DNA from: Acidobacteriota bacterium
GTDB lineage: Bacteria > Acidobacteriota > UBA890 > WLXD01
NCBI GenBank assembly: GCA_965248695.1
Contig: CBDFKD010000002.1
Location: forward strand, 4,576,001-4,640,000
Direction of reading: 5' to 3'
DNA length: 64,000 nt
Part shown: positions 61,701-64,000 of the stretch, piece after piece
Numbering within the stretch: position 1 is the first letter of the stretch
How the letters are laid out: each line of letters begins with the position of its first letter
Notes under the pieces: model-generated
What the model saw: the letters and a program-made list of their open reading frames with translations, nothing else
The model's database searches: none
Told to the model about the DNA's origin: nothing
Program-made: the position numbers and the translations under genes

Positions 61701-63580
61701 TGGACCATCCCGGCGGTCGTCTCGCAGCGTATGTCGTCGCGACGCCCGGCGAGACCCCGTCGAGACAAGAACTGCGTCGATTCGCGAGAACGCGACTCCC
61801 CGATTACATGGTGCCGTCGACGTTCACGGTTCTCACGGAGTTGCCGCTCACACCCGCCGGCAAGGTGGACCGCGCTGCCTTGCCGCAACCAGACCAGGGC
61901 GCGCCGGAAGAGACTCCTGCGGTGCCCCGAACAGCCACCGAGGAGCTGTTGGCCGGCATCTGGTGCCGGTGCCTCCGGGTGGACCAGGTCGGGATCCACG
62001 ACAACTTCTTCGAGCTCGGCGGCCACTCGCTGCTGGCAACGCAGGTGATCTCCCGAATCCGCTCGCTATTCGGCGTCGAGCTACCGATCTTGACGTTGTT
62101 CGATCGACCGACGGTGGCGCAACTGGCGAAAAGACTGGACGACGGCGACGACGCGCTGCGAGCGGCAGAGTCCGATCTCATCGCTCGGCGCTCGGACGCG
62201 AGCGAGACTCCGCTGTCTTTCTTCCAGGAGCGCCTGTGGGCCCTCGATCGGCTGACGCCAGGCAGCTCTATCTACCATGTCCGCGAAGCGATGCGGCTGT
62301 CCGGCCCCCTCGATATCGGGGCCCTGTGGCGAGCGTTTGGGGCGATCGTGCGTCGCCACGACGCGTTGCGCACGATTTTCCCGTGCCACGACGGGACGGT
62401 GTATCAGGCGGTCGCCGAGCCCGGGGAAATAGAGCCCCGCGTCGTTGATCTGTCTGGGTTGCCGACCGGGGAGCGCGAGGCTGCCGCATCGCGCCATTTG
62501 CGGGAAGCGGCGGAGGTTCCTTTCGATCTGGCACGCGGTCCTTTGTTGCGCGCCACGCTCCTGCGCTGTGGCCCCGAAGAGCACATCCTGCTCCTCGTGT
62601 TTCACCACCTCGTCACCGATGCGTGGTCGGCAACGATCCTGCTAAGGGAGCTCGAGACCTTCTATACCGGTCTTACCAACGGCGGGTCGCCGGCCGTCGG
62701 CGAGTTGCCACTGCAGTACCCTGATTTCGCCGACTGGCAACGCCGCCGCTTCCGGGGTCAGGTCCTGGAGGAGCAACTCTCCTACTGGGGCCGGCAGCTG
62801 ACGGGTCTCCCCGAGCTGAGACTTCCCTACGAAGAACCGAGCTCCACGGTGCGCAGCTATCACGGTGCAGAGCTACCGTTCCGGGTGTCTCGGGAGGCCA
62901 CACGCAAGGTCGAAGAGCTTGGCCGTGAGTACGGATGCACCGCGTTCATGTCGGTAGCGGCAGCACTTGCCGTCGTGCTGCACGGCTACTCGCGGCAGGT
63001 CGACTTCGGCATCGGCTTTCCAATTGCCAACCGCAACATCCGTGAGCTCGAGCAAATGATCGGCAACTTCGTGAACTTCCTGGTGTTGCGCGTCGACCTC
63101 AGGGGCAACCCCCGTTTCGCCGATCTGCTCGCCAGGGTGCGCCAGACTACCCTCGAAGCCTATGCGCACCAAGATCTGCCCTTCCAGACGCTTCTCGAAC
63201 ACGACGTCGGCGTTGGCTCTGCCTCCGGAAACCCGCTGTTCCAGGCCTACATCAACATGCAAACCGCTGCGACACCCGGTCTCGCTCTTCCCGGATTGAG
63301 CGTCGATACGATGGCCGTCCCCGGACCAGCCGAGCGCTTCGAGCTCGGTCCCCCTCGTTGGGCCGACGCGCGAGCGCGGCCTATCCGCCTGTACCTGGCA
63401 CTTGACCAGATCCTCGAAGGTGTGCTCGTTTACAATCGCAATCTTTTTTCCATGCCGACAATTTCGCGCATGCTCAATCGTTTCGAGACGACGCTTGTCG
63501 GCGCCGCGGTTCACCCGGAGCTTCGAGTGCTTGACCTGTGGGATCTGGCGGTCCGGAAGACCGATCGGGAGGAGGACTGA
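52701..63580 (+). CDS. Three-module NRPS A1[N-MT]-T-C-A2-T-C-A3-T-C without TE; interrupted by frameshifts near 52862, 52941, 53354 and 56957
   Basis: A cores (YTSGSTG.PKGV, YGPTE, GELYIGG, YKTGD, KIRGFRIELGEIE); MT (LEIGCGTG, INSV.Q.FP) inserted between A8 and A9; three GGHSL carrier motifs; C motifs HHILTDG, HHIVTDG, HHLVTDA. Pieces are spread over ORFs 52701, 52675, 52946, 53346 and 56957. Confidence 0.92.
52740..54086 (+). repeat. About 1.35-kb internal duplication (A1), paired with 60356-61699
   Basis: Long identical nucleotide runs with 60356-61699; this copy is 3 nt longer, matching three single-base insertions. Confidence 0.9.
60356..61699 (+). repeat. About 1.35-kb internal duplication (A3), paired with 52740-54086
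   Basis: Intact reading frame; near-identical to the A1 copy. Confidence 0.9.
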
Positions 63581-63581
63581 G

Positions 63582-64000
63582 ATGATGGCGAAACCCGTGC
63601 TCGTCGCCTTGGCGGCCCTCGTGCTTACCGCCGGTTGTCAGACGTCAGACGAACCACGGTACGCCGTGCGCCTGTCGGTCTCCGGGGACGCCACGCCGAT
63701 CAAGGACCTCGCCTACGAGAGTTTTATCGATCAATCGTTCGACGACGCCTGCCGAATCACCACGACCCCGGCGTCGCCAAATCTGGCCATTGCCGGTCCC
63801 GTGGGATCGACTGTCTCCGTTGGCGTGGAGGTCAGCTCGTGCCGCCAAGACACCACGGAGCCCGCCGTCACCTGCTCGTGGAAAGTCGTGCCGCGAAGAA
63901 GTGTCTGCGCGCCACAAGGAGCCGTGGCGCACCCGGCTCAGGGGCAGGCAAAATGGTCCGGCTGGAGCCACCAGGCGGCGCTGCAAGTACCGGATCGCAC
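63582..64000 (+). CDS. Hypothetical lipoprotein (truncated by the window end)
   Basis: GGAGGAGG RBS; ATG 1 nt after the NRPS stop; MMAKPVLVALAALVLTAG-C lipobox; open to the window end. Confidence 0.65.
   Translation, partial: MMAKPVLVALAALVLTAGCQTSDEPRYAVRLSVSGDATPIKDLAYESFIDQSFDDACRITTTPASPNLAIAGPVGSTVSVGVEVSSCRQDTTEPAVTCSWKVVPRRSVCAPQGAVAHPAQGQAKWSGWSHQAALQVPDR

Overview
GC-rich bacterial window, probably Acidobacteriota (inferred from an acidobacterial-type VWA protein, DUF5916 proteins and many signal-peptide hydrolases). It has three zones. (1) 1-37.8 kb is accessory and rich in exported enzymes: three amidohydrolases, two CBM9/DUF5916 proteins, a tannase/feruloyl esterase, FG-GAP proteins, a Tat-exported EutD-like M24 hydrolase, agmatinase, an amidinotransferase-ArgE pair and a hybrid histidine kinase. 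It ends at a tyrosine-integrase remnant. (2) 37.9-51.3 kb is housekeeping: leuA-like, HU/IHF, der, merR, two tRNA-Pro, surE, apt, glycerate kinase, NTT-HEAT, nfuA. (3) 51.4-64 kb holds an ATP-grasp ligase divergent from a ~10.9 kb NRPS (A[MT]-T-C-A-T-C-A-T-C, no TE) that is broken by frameshifts. Highlights: a hidden selenoprotein candidate (in-frame TGA in W-U-A-G-C followed by a SECIS-like hairpin) fusing a redoxin to a DsbD-N-like domain; two near-identical NRPS A domains that differ at three specificity-code positions; and a dispersed 17-20 bp CTAG-anchored motif at gene boundaries. All calls are from manual reading, with no database searches. Several indels may be sequencing or assembly errors.
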